Shown in pieces: positions 19,583-29,998 of a stretch of DNA of 64,000 nucleotides. How positions within the stretch are numbered: position 1 is the stretch's first letter; every line of letters starts with the position of its first letter. The position numbers were made by a program, and so were the translations under genes. The stretch comes from a virus: positions 13,681-77,680 of the IMG/VR virus record IMGVR_UViG_3300040807_002082. One strand, given 5' to 3'. A model generated the notes under the pieces. It had not been told where the DNA came from, did no database searches, and was given only the letters and a program-made list of their open reading frames with translations.

Positions 19583-20647
19583 ATGAGTCTATTAGATAAA
19601 TTAGTTAAAAACAGTACCATCAAGATGACTGCTCCTATCACGGAGTCGAAGGTTTATGGTAAAAAGGATATGGCACCTACGCCTGTTCCGATGGTAAACG
19701 TTGCATTATCCGGTCGTGTTGACGGTGGGGTAACGCCAGGACTACTTGTACTCGCAGGTCCGTCCAAACACTTCAAGTCTGCATTCGCATTACTTATGGC
19801 GGCGGCATACATGAAGAAAAACAAAGATGCAGTTTGTTTGTTCTATGATTCTGAATTTGGTACGCCGCAGGCATACTTTGAATCATTTGGTATTGATATG
19901 GAACGTACTGTTCATACACCGATTACCAACGTTGAAGAACTTAAGTTTGATATTGCTCAGCAGCTTGACCAAATCGACAAGAGTGATGATGTGATTATTG
20001 TTATTGACTCGGTTGGTAACCTTGCTTCTAAAAAGGAAGTTGAGGATGCCCTTGATGGTAAATCAGTTGCTGATATGTCTCGAGCTAAAGCACTCAAATC
20101 TTTGTTCCGCATTGTAACACCACACTTGAACCTAAAGGATATTCCGTTGATTGCGGTTAACCATACTTACCAAGAAATTGGTTTGTTTCCTAAGGCAATT
20201 GTTTCTGGTGGTACAGGCATTTACTATTCAGCCGATGCGATTTGGATTATCGGCCGCCAACAGGATAAGGTTGGTACTGAAATCCAAGGTTATCACTTTG
20301 TTATCAACATTGAGAAATCTCGCCATGTTAAAGAGAAATCCAAAATCCCGATTTCAGTATCTTGGGATGGAGGAATGGTCAAATGGTCAGGTCTCATGGA
20401 TGTTGCTGAAAAAGGTGGTTACATTCGTAAGCCAAAGGTTGGATGGTATGAAGCTGTTAATCCAGCCACCGGCGAAATCATCTCTGAAAAACTACTTCGA
20501 GCAAAAGAAATTGTTGACAATTCCGAGTTTTGGGATATAATGTTTAAACAAACAGATTTTGAAGATTTCATCAAAAACGCTTTCTCTGTTGGTGGCAATG
20601 CCATCTTGAAAGATGATGAAGAAGTAGCAGAGGTTGATGCCGTATAA
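19583..20647 (+). CDS. uvsX: RecA-like recombinase UvsX
   Basis: AGPSKHFKS, YDSEFG, IDSVGNLAS, SGGTGIYYSAD. Confidence 0.96.
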   Translation: MSLLDKLVKNSTIKMTAPITESKVYGKKDMAPTPVPMVNVALSGRVDGGVTPGLLVLAGPSKHFKSAFALLMAAAYMKKNKDAVCLFYDSEFGTPQAYFESFGIDMERTVHTPITNVEELKFDIAQQLDQIDKSDDVIIVIDSVGNLASKKEVEDALDGKSVADMSRAKALKSLFRIVTPHLNLKDIPLIAVNHTYQEIGLFPKAIVSGGTGIYYSADAIWIIGRQQDKVGTEIQGYHFVINIEKSRHVKEKSKIPISVSWDGGMVKWSGLMDVAEKGGYIRKPKVGWYEAVNPATGEIISEKLLRAKEIVDNSEFWDIMFKQTDFEDFIKNAFSVGGNAILKDDEEVAEVDAV

Positions 20648-22065
20648 TGATTGAGAAAACAGTTTTAACTAACCTTATATTTAATGAAGATTATTATCGT
20701 CGAGTGTATCCATACATTAAGTCTGAATACTTTGATGATATTAGTCATAAGAAAATCTTTGATACTTATTCACATTATGTTGAAGAATTTAAGGAGCCTC
20801 CGTCAATTGAGGCTCTGAAAATTTCTATTGATAAACGCAAAGATTTGAATGAAGATGCCTATAAGAATGTAATGGATCAAGTTTCCGAAATGAAACGAGA
20901 TCCTGATACTAATCTTGATTGGCTGGTTAGTGAAACTGAAAAGTTCTGTCAAGACAAGGATTTGTTTAATGCTATTCGCAAAGCAATCCTTGTTATTGAT
21001 GGAGAAGATAAAGAACTGGATAAAGGTTCATTACCTGAGCTTTTATCTAATTCGCTCTCAATTAGTTTTGATACTTCTATTGGTCATGATTATCTTGAAG
21101 ATTATGAAGGCCGATATGATTTCTATCACAAGAAAGAAGAACGCCTTCCGTTTGATATTGACCTTCTAAACAAGGTCACTAAAGGCGGCTTACCACGCAA
21201 GTCAATGTCTGTGCTCCTTGCAACAACCGGCGGTGGTAAGTCGCTCGTCAAATGTCATATGGCTGCAAGCTATTTGATGCACGGTAAGAATGTTCTTTAC
21301 ATTACAATGGAAATGGCCGAAGAACGTATTGCTGAACGTATTGACGCCAATATGATGGATGTTACCATTGACGAATTAAAAGAACTCCCCAGAGATGTTT
21401 ACGAAAAAAGAATTGGTCGTATTCAATCAAAAACAACGGGCAAGCTTGTCGTTAAGGAATATCCAACAGGTTCGGCACACGTCGGCCATTTCCGCCATTT
21501 ATTAAATGAACTACGTATGAAACGTGGTTTTACCCCTGATGTTGTCTTTATTGACTATCTAAATATTTGTGCAAGCGCTCGAGTAAAAGGTGCCGCTGCA
21601 GCTAATTCATATACACTTGTAAAATCAATTGCGGAGGAAGTTCGTGGCCTTGCTATGGAGTATAATTGCGCTGTCGTTACTAGTTCTCAGTTTAACCGCG
21701 ACGGCTACGGGAACTCAGACGTTGACCTTACTAACACTTCTGAGTCTATGGGGATCACTCATACTGCTGACTGTATCCTCGGCTTAATTACATCAGAAGA
21801 TCTTGATAATCTTGGTCAACTTATGATTAAGCAACTTAAAAATCGTTGGGGCGACTTGAGTTATTACCGTCGGTTTGTTGTCGGTATTGACCGAGCAAAA
21901 ATGAAAATCTATGACCTTGAAGATTCAGCTCAGAACGGAGTTTCTCAAGACGGACCGCAGGCAGGCAAATTGCCAAAGCCTGATAACGATGCTCCGATAT
22001 TTGACAAAGGTTCATTTGGTACAAAAAGTAAGAAAGGACTGTTTTCTGCAGGAGATTTAATGTGA
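20647..22065 (+). CDS. 41: Replicative helicase gp41
   Basis: Walker [31 protein letters not shown]. Confidence 0.96.
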   Translation: MIEKTVLTNLIFNEDYYRRVYPYIKSEYFDDISHKKIFDTYSHYVEEFKEPPSIEALKISIDKRKDLNEDAYKNVMDQVSEMKRDPDTNLDWLVSETEKFCQDKDLFNAIRKAILVIDGEDKELDKGSLPELLSNSLSISFDTSIGHDYLEDYEGRYDFYHKKEERLPFDIDLLNKVTKGGLPRKSMSVLLATTGGGKSLVKCHMAASYLMHGKNVLYITMEMAEERIAERIDANMMDVTIDELKELPRDVYEKRIGRIQSKTTGKLVVKEYPTGSAHVGHFRHLLNELRMKRGFTPDVVFIDYLNICASARVKGAAAANSYTLVKSIAEEVRGLAMEYNCAVVTSSQFNRDGYGNSDVDLTNTSESMGITHTADCILGLITSEDLDNLGQLMIKQLKNRWGDLSYYRRFVVGIDRAKMKIYDLEDSAQNGVSQDGPQAGKLPKPDNDAPIFDKGSFGTKSKKGLFSAGDLM

Positions 22066-22406
22066 CGTATTTAGTTACGGACAACTGTATAAAATGTAAA
22101 CATACCGATTGTGTTGCAGTTTGTCCGGTTGATTGTTTTTATGAAGGTGACGATATGCTTGTAATTGATCCAGACGAATGTATTGATTGCGGTGTGTGCG
22201 TTCCTGAATGTCCTGTTGATGCTATCATTGCAGATGTAGATTTGCCCGAACCTGATAGATCTAAATGGATTGAAATTAATACTGTGTATAGCGACAAGTG
22301 GCGCTATAACAATATTACCGAGCAAAAAGATCCGTTACCCGATGCTGAAGATTGGGACGGAGTACCAAATAAGTATGAAGCGTTCATGGATAAGGAGATA
22401 AAATGA
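22062..22406 (+). CDS. fdxA: Dicluster Fe-S ferredoxin (FdxA type)
   Basis: [18 protein letters not shown]...[13 protein letters not shown]. Confidence 0.92.
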   Translation: MTYLVTDNCIKCKHTDCVAVCPVDCFYEGDDMLVIDPDECIDCGVCVPECPVDAIIADVDLPEPDRSKWIEINTVYSDKWRYNNITEQKDPLPDAEDWDGVPNKYEAFMDKEIK

Positions 22407-22642
22407 GCTACGTTGTTGTTGACGATAATTACATTCTTGAAAAAGAATCAAATCATAAGCTTTATTTCAACGAGACAAAGCACCAGCTTAACAAAATTAC
22501 ACGTAAGTTAAACCTTGGGGCAGGATTTCAAGGATTTACTCCACTCTTTATGTGCAGCCCTCTCAGATCAACTTTTATAAATAACTGTAAAGAAACACAG
22601 TTAGAATCAGGGTTAACATGCAAACGTTTAAGCAGCACCTAA
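22403..22642 (+). CDS. Hypothetical protein
   Basis: AGGAG RBS, ATGA overlap. Confidence 0.6.
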   Translation: MSYVVVDDNYILEKESNHKLYFNETKHQLNKITRKLNLGAGFQGFTPLFMCSPLRSTFINNCKETQLESGLTCKRLSST

Positions 22643-23724
22643 ATGAAGCCACTGGCGGCTATATACATTTTCCTAAATCAGATGATGAGGTTGATGCTCT
22701 CGACTTTATACCTGACGAAAAGAAAGATGCCTTAAAAGATCTTCTCAAAACAATTCAAACAAACAAGTCAGGAGTTAAAGATCCTATTGCGTTGGATGCT
22801 TCAAATCCAAACAACGTAAAGGTAATGAGAACACTTGCTCTCGACTTTGATCTTAAAGCTCTATCAACAAATTACGGGTTTAAGGTATCGGCAGGTAACG
22901 GATCCCGTGGAGGTGGTGGTTCTAAATCAAAAGGTTTTGCATTTGAAGATCAAATCATTCAAGACGTTGAAAAGTATATTGCGCAAGGTCCTGATGCTGA
23001 TTTCCAATTCCCAGACATGATGTCAGCAATGCATAATTCCTTTCTAAAGGATGCGCAATCAATTAGTGTACGATCTGACGGCGCAGCAAATACAAAACGT
23101 CCATTGCAGGTTACAGACGCTTCATTACTAATCGGCGGAAGAGATTTAAACGTTGGTCCACGAGTTACTGATGTAACTGTTACGGCTGACGGTGTTCCAT
23201 ATTATCTATCAGCAAAATTTGGTGGTACGGTTACTTTCTTTAACGTAGGAGTAACGAAGGTATTCCCTGCATCTGAATTTGAAGCAGGCAAATTCAAATC
23301 GCGTGAAGCACTTAGTATTTTAAAGGCATTCGGAATTGACGAGAAAGAGTTTATTAATATCTTTACGTCATACGATCCTAGAGCGGCAAAGCGCGGCGGC
23401 AAGAAAACACGCATTGACGTAACAAAGAAAATCAATAAAAGAATGCTGCAGCAAATGCTGTTAACTGGTGTTGGATACGGTTATTGGATGGTGCACCAAA
23501 AAGGCAAGAAGGTTGAGTTTTACGAAATGACTAAACGTAAAATGATGCAGTCTGCAAAAATACAAAAGGTCACAATCTTATATCCTGAACCAGGCTCTGC
23601 AAAGCGTTTGGATATTGAAGTATTAACTCCTCGTTATGAATTTAAAATAAATATTCGTAATAAGCAAGGTGGATTATATCCATCTCATATTATGGCAGAC
23701 TATAAATATAGAAGTAATGATTAA
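22618..23724 (+). CDS. Putative head-internal protein with possible PD-(D/E)xK-like fold
   Basis: Late promoter 22576-22583; leader [10 protein letters not shown]; AFE...TDV...YLSAK. Confidence 0.55.
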   Translation: MQTFKQHLNEATGGYIHFPKSDDEVDALDFIPDEKKDALKDLLKTIQTNKSGVKDPIALDASNPNNVKVMRTLALDFDLKALSTNYGFKVSAGNGSRGGGGSKSKGFAFEDQIIQDVEKYIAQGPDADFQFPDMMSAMHNSFLKDAQSISVRSDGAANTKRPLQVTDASLLIGGRDLNVGPRVTDVTVTADGVPYYLSAKFGGTVTFFNVGVTKVFPASEFEAGKFKSREALSILKAFGIDEKEFINIFTSYDPRAAKRGGKKTRIDVTKKINKRMLQQMLLTGVGYGYWMVHQKGKKVEFYEMTKRKMMQSAKIQKVTILYPEPGSAKRLDIEVLTPRYEFKINIRNKQGGLYPSHIMADYKYRSND

Positions 23725-24010
23725 TTTTCGCAAATATCTTTCTGAAGGCATTAAGCTCAAATTGATTCGTGGTAAGGATCAAGATGTTTTAAAGATGTGG
23801 GATACGAAAGAAAAGAGTTGGGTAGAACTAAGAGGAAAACCAGATTTTGAGCGAAGATACGATCCAAAAGATCCATTACACAAAGCAATTGCTGCTATTG
23901 GCAAGTCGGCTAACATTTCTGATTTTGTTAATGGAGACGAGGTCAGCATTAATCCGAACCATCCAGATGGTAAAAAGGCATTACAGACAATTAAAAAGTT
24001 GATGAAATGA
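23717..24010 (+). CDS. Putative head-internal protein
   Basis: Late promoter 23701-23708; leader MINFRKYLSE. Confidence 0.6.
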   Translation: MINFRKYLSEGIKLKLIRGKDQDVLKMWDTKEKSWVELRGKPDFERRYDPKDPLHKAIAAIGKSANISDFVNGDEVSINPNHPDGKKALQTIKKLMK

Positions 24011-25236
24011 AACGATTTAAGCAATACATAGCCGAAGAAAAGAATCTTCATATGACTCACGCCGAGGACGCAATCATCGACGGCGGGGTAACTGGTACAC
24101 GTAATGTAATTAACCATTTACGTGATCTACGCGATATGCTAAAGGGTAATTCAAAATCCTCAGTAAACGTTAGTGTTAAATGGGACGGTGCTCCTGCGGT
24201 ATTCTGTGGTATAGACCCAAGCGATGGTGAATTCTTTGTAGCCAAGAAAGGCATCTTTAATAAAAATCCCAAGGTATATAAAACATATGCCGATATTGAT
24301 GCCGACACTAAAGGGGATTTAAATGCAAAATTGAAAGTTGCCTTGGACGAGTTTAGCAAACTTGGAATCCAAGGTGTAGTTCAGGGTGATTTTTTATATG
24401 AAAGAAGTGATATTAAAGAGGATACAATTGACGGGGAACCGCATATTACTTTCCATCCTAATACGATTGTTTACGCGGTACCTAAAAACTCAGACCTCGG
24501 TAAGGAAATACTCGGATCCAAGGTCGGAGTGGTCTGGCATACAGTATACCGAGGACCAAGCTTTGAAGAAATGTCTGCAAGTTTTGGAGAGGAGATATTA
24601 CCTAATCTCAAAAAAGTAAGCTCGGTATGGCAAGTAGATGCTGTCTTTAAAGATCAGTCAGGTACAGCAACAATGACTGCTAAAGAAACCGCAAAGCTTC
24701 AAGGTATTTTATCAAAGGCAGGTAAATTATTTCGTTCTATTCCAGCACAAGTATTAAACGATATGGGCAAGAACGAAGATCTTAATATGAGAATCAATAC
24801 TTATATTAATAAAAAGGTTCGTGCTGGAGAACGTGTTGGTAAGCCAACGGTATTTGTTAATGGATTGGAAAAATATCTTAACGATTATTTTGCTGCTGAA
24901 ATTGCCGCAAAGAAATCAGCAAAAGGTAAAGCCAATTGGACAAAGAAACAAGACGAAGCAATGGAATTCTTTAAAAGAAATAAGAAGGCTGATATTGCTC
25001 GAGCATTTGAAATGTATAACCTCATCGTTGACGCAAAGCATATGATTGTTCGTCAACTCGAAAAGGTCGGTGGCCTAAAAACATTATTGAAAACGGCAGA
25101 CGGTTATGAAGTAACCGGGCAAGAAGGATTCGTTGCTATTGACCGTTATGGAAAGAATGCTCTTAAATTGGTAGATCGTTTACAGTTTTCTGCTGCAAAC
25201 TTTTCAGATACATATATCAAAGGATGGCAACGATAA
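24007..25236 (+). CDS. Putative head-internal protein with ATP-dependent ligase-like motifs
   Basis: Leader MKRFKQYIAE; KWDG, VQGDF, EGFV and LK motifs in order. Confidence 0.6.
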   Translation: MKRFKQYIAEEKNLHMTHAEDAIIDGGVTGTRNVINHLRDLRDMLKGNSKSSVNVSVKWDGAPAVFCGIDPSDGEFFVAKKGIFNKNPKVYKTYADIDADTKGDLNAKLKVALDEFSKLGIQGVVQGDFLYERSDIKEDTIDGEPHITFHPNTIVYAVPKNSDLGKEILGSKVGVVWHTVYRGPSFEEMSASFGEEILPNLKKVSSVWQVDAVFKDQSGTATMTAKETAKLQGILSKAGKLFRSIPAQVLNDMGKNEDLNMRINTYINKKVRAGERVGKPTVFVNGLEKYLNDYFAAEIAAKKSAKGKANWTKKQDEAMEFFKRNKKADIARAFEMYNLIVDAKHMIVRQLEKVGGLKTLLKTADGYEVTGQEGFVAIDRYGKNALKLVDRLQFSAANFSDTYIKGWQR

Positions 25237-25514
25237 TGGCTTGGGTAGTAGTACCGGGATCAAACGGTGTATGGGAATACGATAACGCGCCTACACTGGA
25301 AACATTAGCTCCTGGCGCAAAAGTACATCCTGACGACCAATATTACCGCGAGGCTAACGGCACGGTAACTGCTGGAATTAGATCATTTACTCCTTCGGGC
25401 GGTAATACACAAGAAACATACGTCAAATGTCGTAAAGTTGGAAATGACTATCCAACTAGAACAGTTGGCCCTTGGGGCGAACTAAATAAAAACTATTACG
25501 ACGAGAGGATTTAA
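25224..25514 (+). CDS. Hypothetical, probably virion, protein
   Basis: Beta-rich ORF in a late operon. Confidence 0.6.
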   Translation: MATIMAWVVVPGSNGVWEYDNAPTLETLAPGAKVHPDDQYYREANGTVTAGIRSFTPSGGNTQETYVKCRKVGNDYPTRTVGPWGELNKNYYDERI

Positions 25515-25517
25515 TAA

Positions 25518-26825
25518 ATGGCACAGTTTAATACCAGCACAGGCGAACTACTAAACAACAATAAAACACTTTACGAAGTTGTTATGACATCTGGGCAGGC
25601 AGGCCCTTCCACATATGTTCCTGCTGGTAATCTAAACTCTGGTTCGGACGCATTTGGTAGAACCAGAATTTCGCAACCACTAACACTGTTTGATAGTTCA
25701 CATAGATATGCTGATAACGATTTGTGGGCAGAGGGTACTACTGGAACTGCAAGTAGCACATTTAACTCAAATGCTGGTTTGGTTGAACTTGATGTTGGCA
25801 GTGCAAGTGGTGATGAGATCATTCGTGAAACAACAAAGGTTTTCGCATATCAACCAGGCAAATCATTGTTGATTATGAATACATTTGCTTTTGATGCACC
25901 CAAAACAAACCTAAGACAACGTGTGGGGTATTTTGGCACAGATAATGGTATTTACTTAGAACAAGATGGAACTGATGTTAATATTGTTGAAAGAAGTCTT
26001 GTCACTGGTTCTGTAACCGAAACTAGAATTGCACAATCTAATTGGAATGTTGATACAATGGATGGAACTGGACGTTCCAACTTAACACTAGACTTAACTA
26101 AAGCACAAATCCTTTGGATGGATTTGGAATGGTTAGGACTTGGTAGTGTAAGAGTAGGATTCGTTATCAATGGACAATTTGTTTGTTGTCATATCTTCCA
26201 TCACGCAAATTTGGTTGACTCAACGTATATCACAACTGCATCTCTTCCTCTAAGACAAGAGATTACGAATACTGGATTAACCTCTGGTGCGAGTCAAGCG
26301 AAACAAGTTTGTGCTACTGTTATATCTGAGGGTGGTTATGAACTAAGAGGTAGACAACACGCAGTTGGAACTCCAATTACAGCCGCATATGAAATGGCAT
26401 CTGCTGGAACATATTATCCTATAGTCTCATTGAGATTGAAGTCTGCTAGACTAGATGCTATTGTTATTCTTACAGCAGTATCAATGTTGGGAGTTGGTAA
26501 TGGAGTGAACTTCTCTTGGAGAATTGTTGCTGGTGGAAATGTTACTACTGCATCTTGGACTAGTGCTGGAACAAATTCATCTGTTGAATATACAACATCT
26601 GGAACAGCACATGATGGTGGTGGTAGAGTTCTTGCACAAGGTTACTTGAACTCATCTAATCAAGGTTCGCCATCAATGGATATTCTCAAAGAAGCGTTGT
26701 TCAAATTTCAGTTAGAAAGAGACACATTCACATCAACAGCAGAACCTATAACATTCTTGGTTGCTCCAGGCACTGCCGATGAAGATGTATTTGCATCAAT
26801 GGATTGGGAAGAGATTACTCGCTGA
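25518..26825 (+). CDS. Probable virion structural protein (beta-rich)
   Basis: G/S/T-rich, 435 aa; DAFGR.R.S.P.TLFD motif familiar from T4-like virion proteins. Confidence 0.65.
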   Translation: MAQFNTSTGELLNNNKTLYEVVMTSGQAGPSTYVPAGNLNSGSDAFGRTRISQPLTLFDSSHRYADNDLWAEGTTGTASSTFNSNAGLVELDVGSASGDEIIRETTKVFAYQPGKSLLIMNTFAFDAPKTNLRQRVGYFGTDNGIYLEQDGTDVNIVERSLVTGSVTETRIAQSNWNVDTMDGTGRSNLTLDLTKAQILWMDLEWLGLGSVRVGFVINGQFVCCHIFHHANLVDSTYITTASLPLRQEITNTGLTSGASQAKQVCATVISEGGYELRGRQHAVGTPITAAYEMASAGTYYPIVSLRLKSARLDAIVILTAVSMLGVGNGVNFSWRIVAGGNVTTASWTSAGTNSSVEYTTSGTAHDGGGRVLAQGYLNSSNQGSPSMDILKEALFKFQLERDTFTSTAEPITFLVAPGTADEDVFASMDWEEITR

Positions 26826-26979
26826 CATAATGTCACTGTTGCATTATAAGCAATCCGGCTATATCAAATTGGTAAGGCTTATTTACCTATTTTCCTAATA
26901 AATATGATTGTAAAAGGGTTAATCTTTAGAATAGACTAAAGACCGGATCACATACATACATATACATTAGGAGAGTAAA

Positions 26980-27234
26980 ATGACACAAGTAATTCTTGCA
27001 GCAACTGATGCGTTGCACATTCCAGCGGTACTAGACTTCTTCCGCGATTTAAAAAGAAGTTATAAAAAAAGACAAGATCGAAAAGAAACAATCAAACAAT
27101 TATCAGCACTTTCAAATAGAGAACTCAATGATATGGGTATTTCTAGAGGTGATATTTGGGCAATTGCAAATGGTGATCCTTCATATAATCGCAGAAAAGT
27201 TTCAGAAAATGATAACTTGAAGGGTTGGGTGTAA
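26980..27234 (+). CDS. DUF1127/YjiS-like small protein
   Basis: R.TIKQLSALSNRELNDMGISRGDI signature. Confidence 0.88.
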   Translation: MTQVILAATDALHIPAVLDFFRDLKRSYKKRQDRKETIKQLSALSNRELNDMGISRGDIWAIANGDPSYNRRKVSENDNLKGWV

Positions 27235-27410
27235 TGGATACGGTAATGAAATACACATTCGCGCCATTGTCCGGTTTCTGGGATCGCTTTATGAAAGTTA
27301 CAGAAATCATGGGTTATAGTAGAGCAGCAGCTCATCTTGCTTCAATGGGTTTACACGAAGAAGCAAAAAACTGTATGATGCAAATCAAAGAACTCAAAAA
27401 TAACCATTGA
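27234..27410 (+). CDS. Small hypothetical protein coupled to the DUF1127 gene
   Basis: TAATG coupling; GYSRAAAHLASMG. Confidence 0.65.
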   Translation: MDTVMKYTFAPLSGFWDRFMKVTEIMGYSRAAAHLASMGLHEEAKNCMMQIKELKNNH

Positions 27411-27483
27411 CATTTTGGTTATAACCTGATATAAATAATAGGGTAGGAGTAATTCTGCCCTTTATTTATGAACAGGTGAGGTT

Positions 27484-28095
27484 ATGCATATACACAACTT
27501 ATTCCCAACTCCAATTGGAGAATTTTCTTACGGGGAAGATATGGCCCCGTTTTCAGAAATTGTAAAATCTGAAGGTTATCAAAAACATATTAAAAACGGT
27601 AGCGGTAATAGATATTCTGACCACAACGTATTATCGTATGATTCATTTGGCCCATTAAGGGAATGGATTGATAAATGCCTTCAAGAATATTATCAACACA
27701 CCTTTGTCCCTCTCGAACAGCAACACCCACAAGAACTGTACATTACAGAGTCTTGGGTTAATTATGCAAATAACTCTGAATCGCACGAGTGGCACAATCA
27801 TACTAACTCTATAATATCAGGTGTGTTTTATATTGAAGCAACTGATGATGCAATTGAGTTCAAATCACCAAAGCCTTATAATCAAATCATGCCCGAGCCA
27901 GATTACTTTAACGAGTATAACTCGTCTCAATGGTGGCTGCCTGCAAGAACAGCAACTTTATATTTGTTCCCATCTTGGCTACATCACGGCGTTCCTGTAT
28001 TTGAAAACCGAGAAGAAGATAGGATCAGTATTGCATTTAATACATTCTTAAAGGGCATCGTCAGTCGAAGATTGTCTTCAAGATTAGAGATATAA
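27484..28095 (+). CDS. 2OG-Fe(II) oxygenase-like protein
   Basis: LFPTPI, SWVN, H.H.NS.ISGVFY, LFPSWL.H.V, RISIAFN. Confidence 0.85.
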   Translation: MHIHNLFPTPIGEFSYGEDMAPFSEIVKSEGYQKHIKNGSGNRYSDHNVLSYDSFGPLREWIDKCLQEYYQHTFVPLEQQHPQELYITESWVNYANNSESHEWHNHTNSIISGVFYIEATDDAIEFKSPKPYNQIMPEPDYFNEYNSSQWWLPARTATLYLFPSWLHHGVPVFENREEDRISIAFNTFLKGIVSRRLSSRLEI

Positions 28096-28116
28096 ATAGT
28101 TTTAAAGGAGTATATA

Positions 28117-28692
28117 ATGGATTTATCATGGTTACCTGATGATGGTGGAACTGGGCATATGCCACCTTCCGATGAAGTTATCAGTTTTTGGCAAACAGTC
28201 AAACAAAAGACAGGCTTTAAAAAATTAGTAGAAATTGGATTTAATGCTGGTCATAGCAGTTCTATTCTATTAACCTTGTTTGATGATATCACAATTCAAT
28301 CGTTTGACATTGGACAGTTTGACATCACGCACTCGAACGGAAAGCTGGTAAAAGAAAGATTTGGCGACCGCTTTAATCTTACAATCAAACCATCAGAACA
28401 AATTACATACGGAGAAGTAAATGGATCTGACATTCTGTTTATTGATGGCGGACACGATTATCCTATCGTATCTGGAGACGTAGACTTGTGGGAAAACTCA
28501 AACATCCCTTACGTCATCATTGACGACCTCCAAATCAACGGAGTTAAAAGAGCGCATCGTGAGCTTGTTTCGCGGAATAAGGTAGAAGCAATTTATAAAC
28601 ATTATTATACCGCGGTGCTTCCATCTTGGATGAGAGACAATCCAAACAACCGTCCAGTTAATGTACCAATTGAGGTTTTGATGAGAAAATGA
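28117..28692 (+). CDS. SAM-dependent methyltransferase
   Basis: EIGFNAGHS, FIDGGHDY, IIDD; late promoter 28091-28098. Confidence 0.85.
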   Translation: MDLSWLPDDGGTGHMPPSDEVISFWQTVKQKTGFKKLVEIGFNAGHSSSILLTLFDDITIQSFDIGQFDITHSNGKLVKERFGDRFNLTIKPSEQITYGEVNGSDILFIDGGHDYPIVSGDVDLWENSNIPYVIIDDLQINGVKRAHRELVSRNKVEAIYKHYYTAVLPSWMRDNPNNRPVNVPIEVLMRK

Positions 28693-29384
28693 AAACGCTA
28701 ATATATCAGTACTATTATTCCTTACCACAGAATAAACGTACGCATCATATTATGGATGACAGTAACAATTACCACGAACTATCTGCGCACAGCATTAGGC
28801 GTTACGCGTTAGAACATGGACACGATTATAAATTCTTAGATCAAGAACATCCCGTGTCACCTTTTTATGGTATTTTCTTACCATTTACCGAAGGTTGGTG
28901 TCACGATTATGACGCGATTTGTTGGATGGACGCTGATATATTAGCAACAACTCACGCAAAAGATGTGTTTTCAAAATACAACGCAGGTAAGATATCGGCA
29001 TACTTCATGGAAACACAAAATCGTTGGAAAGGTAAACCTGACGATAGTCCTTGGGGATGGTTTAAAGATAAAGGCCATATTAATTCTGGCGTTGTTATAT
29101 TTCCAAAATCAACGTATCATTATATAACTAACTTTGTATCAGACTTACAGCATTTGCATGATACGAGAACAGAACTTGAAACATCGCTTGGGAATTTTGA
29201 CCAGGCAATTGTAAATAAGATCGTTCGTAACTTAGATTCATATCAAGAATTAAAGCGTGAATGGAATTATCATTTAGGACGGTATCCACAAGAGGATAGA
29301 TTTGACGCAAACCTTATTCACTATTGGCGTCAATTCAAAGGACAGATGAGAAAAGACTTTGAGGATGAAAGAATTTTAAAATGA
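28689..29384 (+). CDS. GT-A glycosyltransferase (GT34/GT8-like)
   Basis: WMDADI (DxD), INSGVV, DQA.VN, WN, IHY. Confidence 0.8.
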   Translation: MKTLIYQYYYSLPQNKRTHHIMDDSNNYHELSAHSIRRYALEHGHDYKFLDQEHPVSPFYGIFLPFTEGWCHDYDAICWMDADILATTHAKDVFSKYNAGKISAYFMETQNRWKGKPDDSPWGWFKDKGHINSGVVIFPKSTYHYITNFVSDLQHLHDTRTELETSLGNFDQAIVNKIVRNLDSYQELKREWNYHLGRYPQEDRFDANLIHYWRQFKGQMRKDFEDERILK

Positions 29385-29998
29385 AAAAAGTGATATGTAT
29401 GGGATCAGGCAAGAATATGGTCCTTATAAACGATTGGGATACAGATGGGATTAAAATTTGCGGGGTTAACAACACTTGGCGTGGCACTGATAAATGGGAT
29501 GTGCTATTACATGCTGGCGACTATCCCCATAAACGAGAAGTTCAAGCCGCTAGAAAAAGACAAGAACAGTTAATTGTTTCTCGAGAAGGTGTAATGGGAT
29601 TTAAGCAATCCTATATGGGAATGTCAAATATGCCTTGGGAACAGGCAAGAATCTTTTTAGGTTTGCCTATTTACTTTACTATGACGTATTGGGCTCTATG
29701 GCATTTAAAACCTGACGCAATTGGTTTCATTGGTTTTGACATGAATTATACCGCAGGTCCTAATGGTGAAACCGCATTTTATGGCGAAGGCTATGATATG
29801 AAAACGCGTGGAGTACCTGATCCTTTATATCAATTCCGAACCGTTCCTGAATATAAAAAGGAAGGTGAGAATATGATTAACATTCTTTTTGATAGATTAA
29901 AAGAACGCACCACCGCTCGCTTAGTCAATCTTTCAGACGATCCTACCAGTATTCTACCTTGGGATCAAGTAACCTTTGAGGAATTTAAATCATGGTAA
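29381..29998 (+). CDS. Putative Maf/GT42-like transferase
   Basis: VICMGSG...ICGVN...IGFIGFDM pattern. Confidence 0.4.
   Translation: MKKVICMGSGKNMVLINDWDTDGIKICGVNNTWRGTDKWDVLLHAGDYPHKREVQAARKRQEQLIVSREGVMGFKQSYMGMSNMPWEQARIFLGLPIYFTMTYWALWHLKPDAIGFIGFDMNYTAGPNGETAFYGEGYDMKTRGVPDPLYQFRTVPEYKKEGENMINILFDRLKERTTARLVNLSDDPTSILPWDQVTFEEFKSW

Noticed and set aside
26924-26942. Irr/ICE-like box TTTAGAA...CTAAA
   Set aside because: Spacing and right half-site do not fit TTTAGAA-N3-TTCTAAA; better read as an RNA hairpin.
26949-26968. ACAT short tandem repeat
   Set aside because: Too short; likely an unstructured A/C-rich translation enhancer before the RBS.
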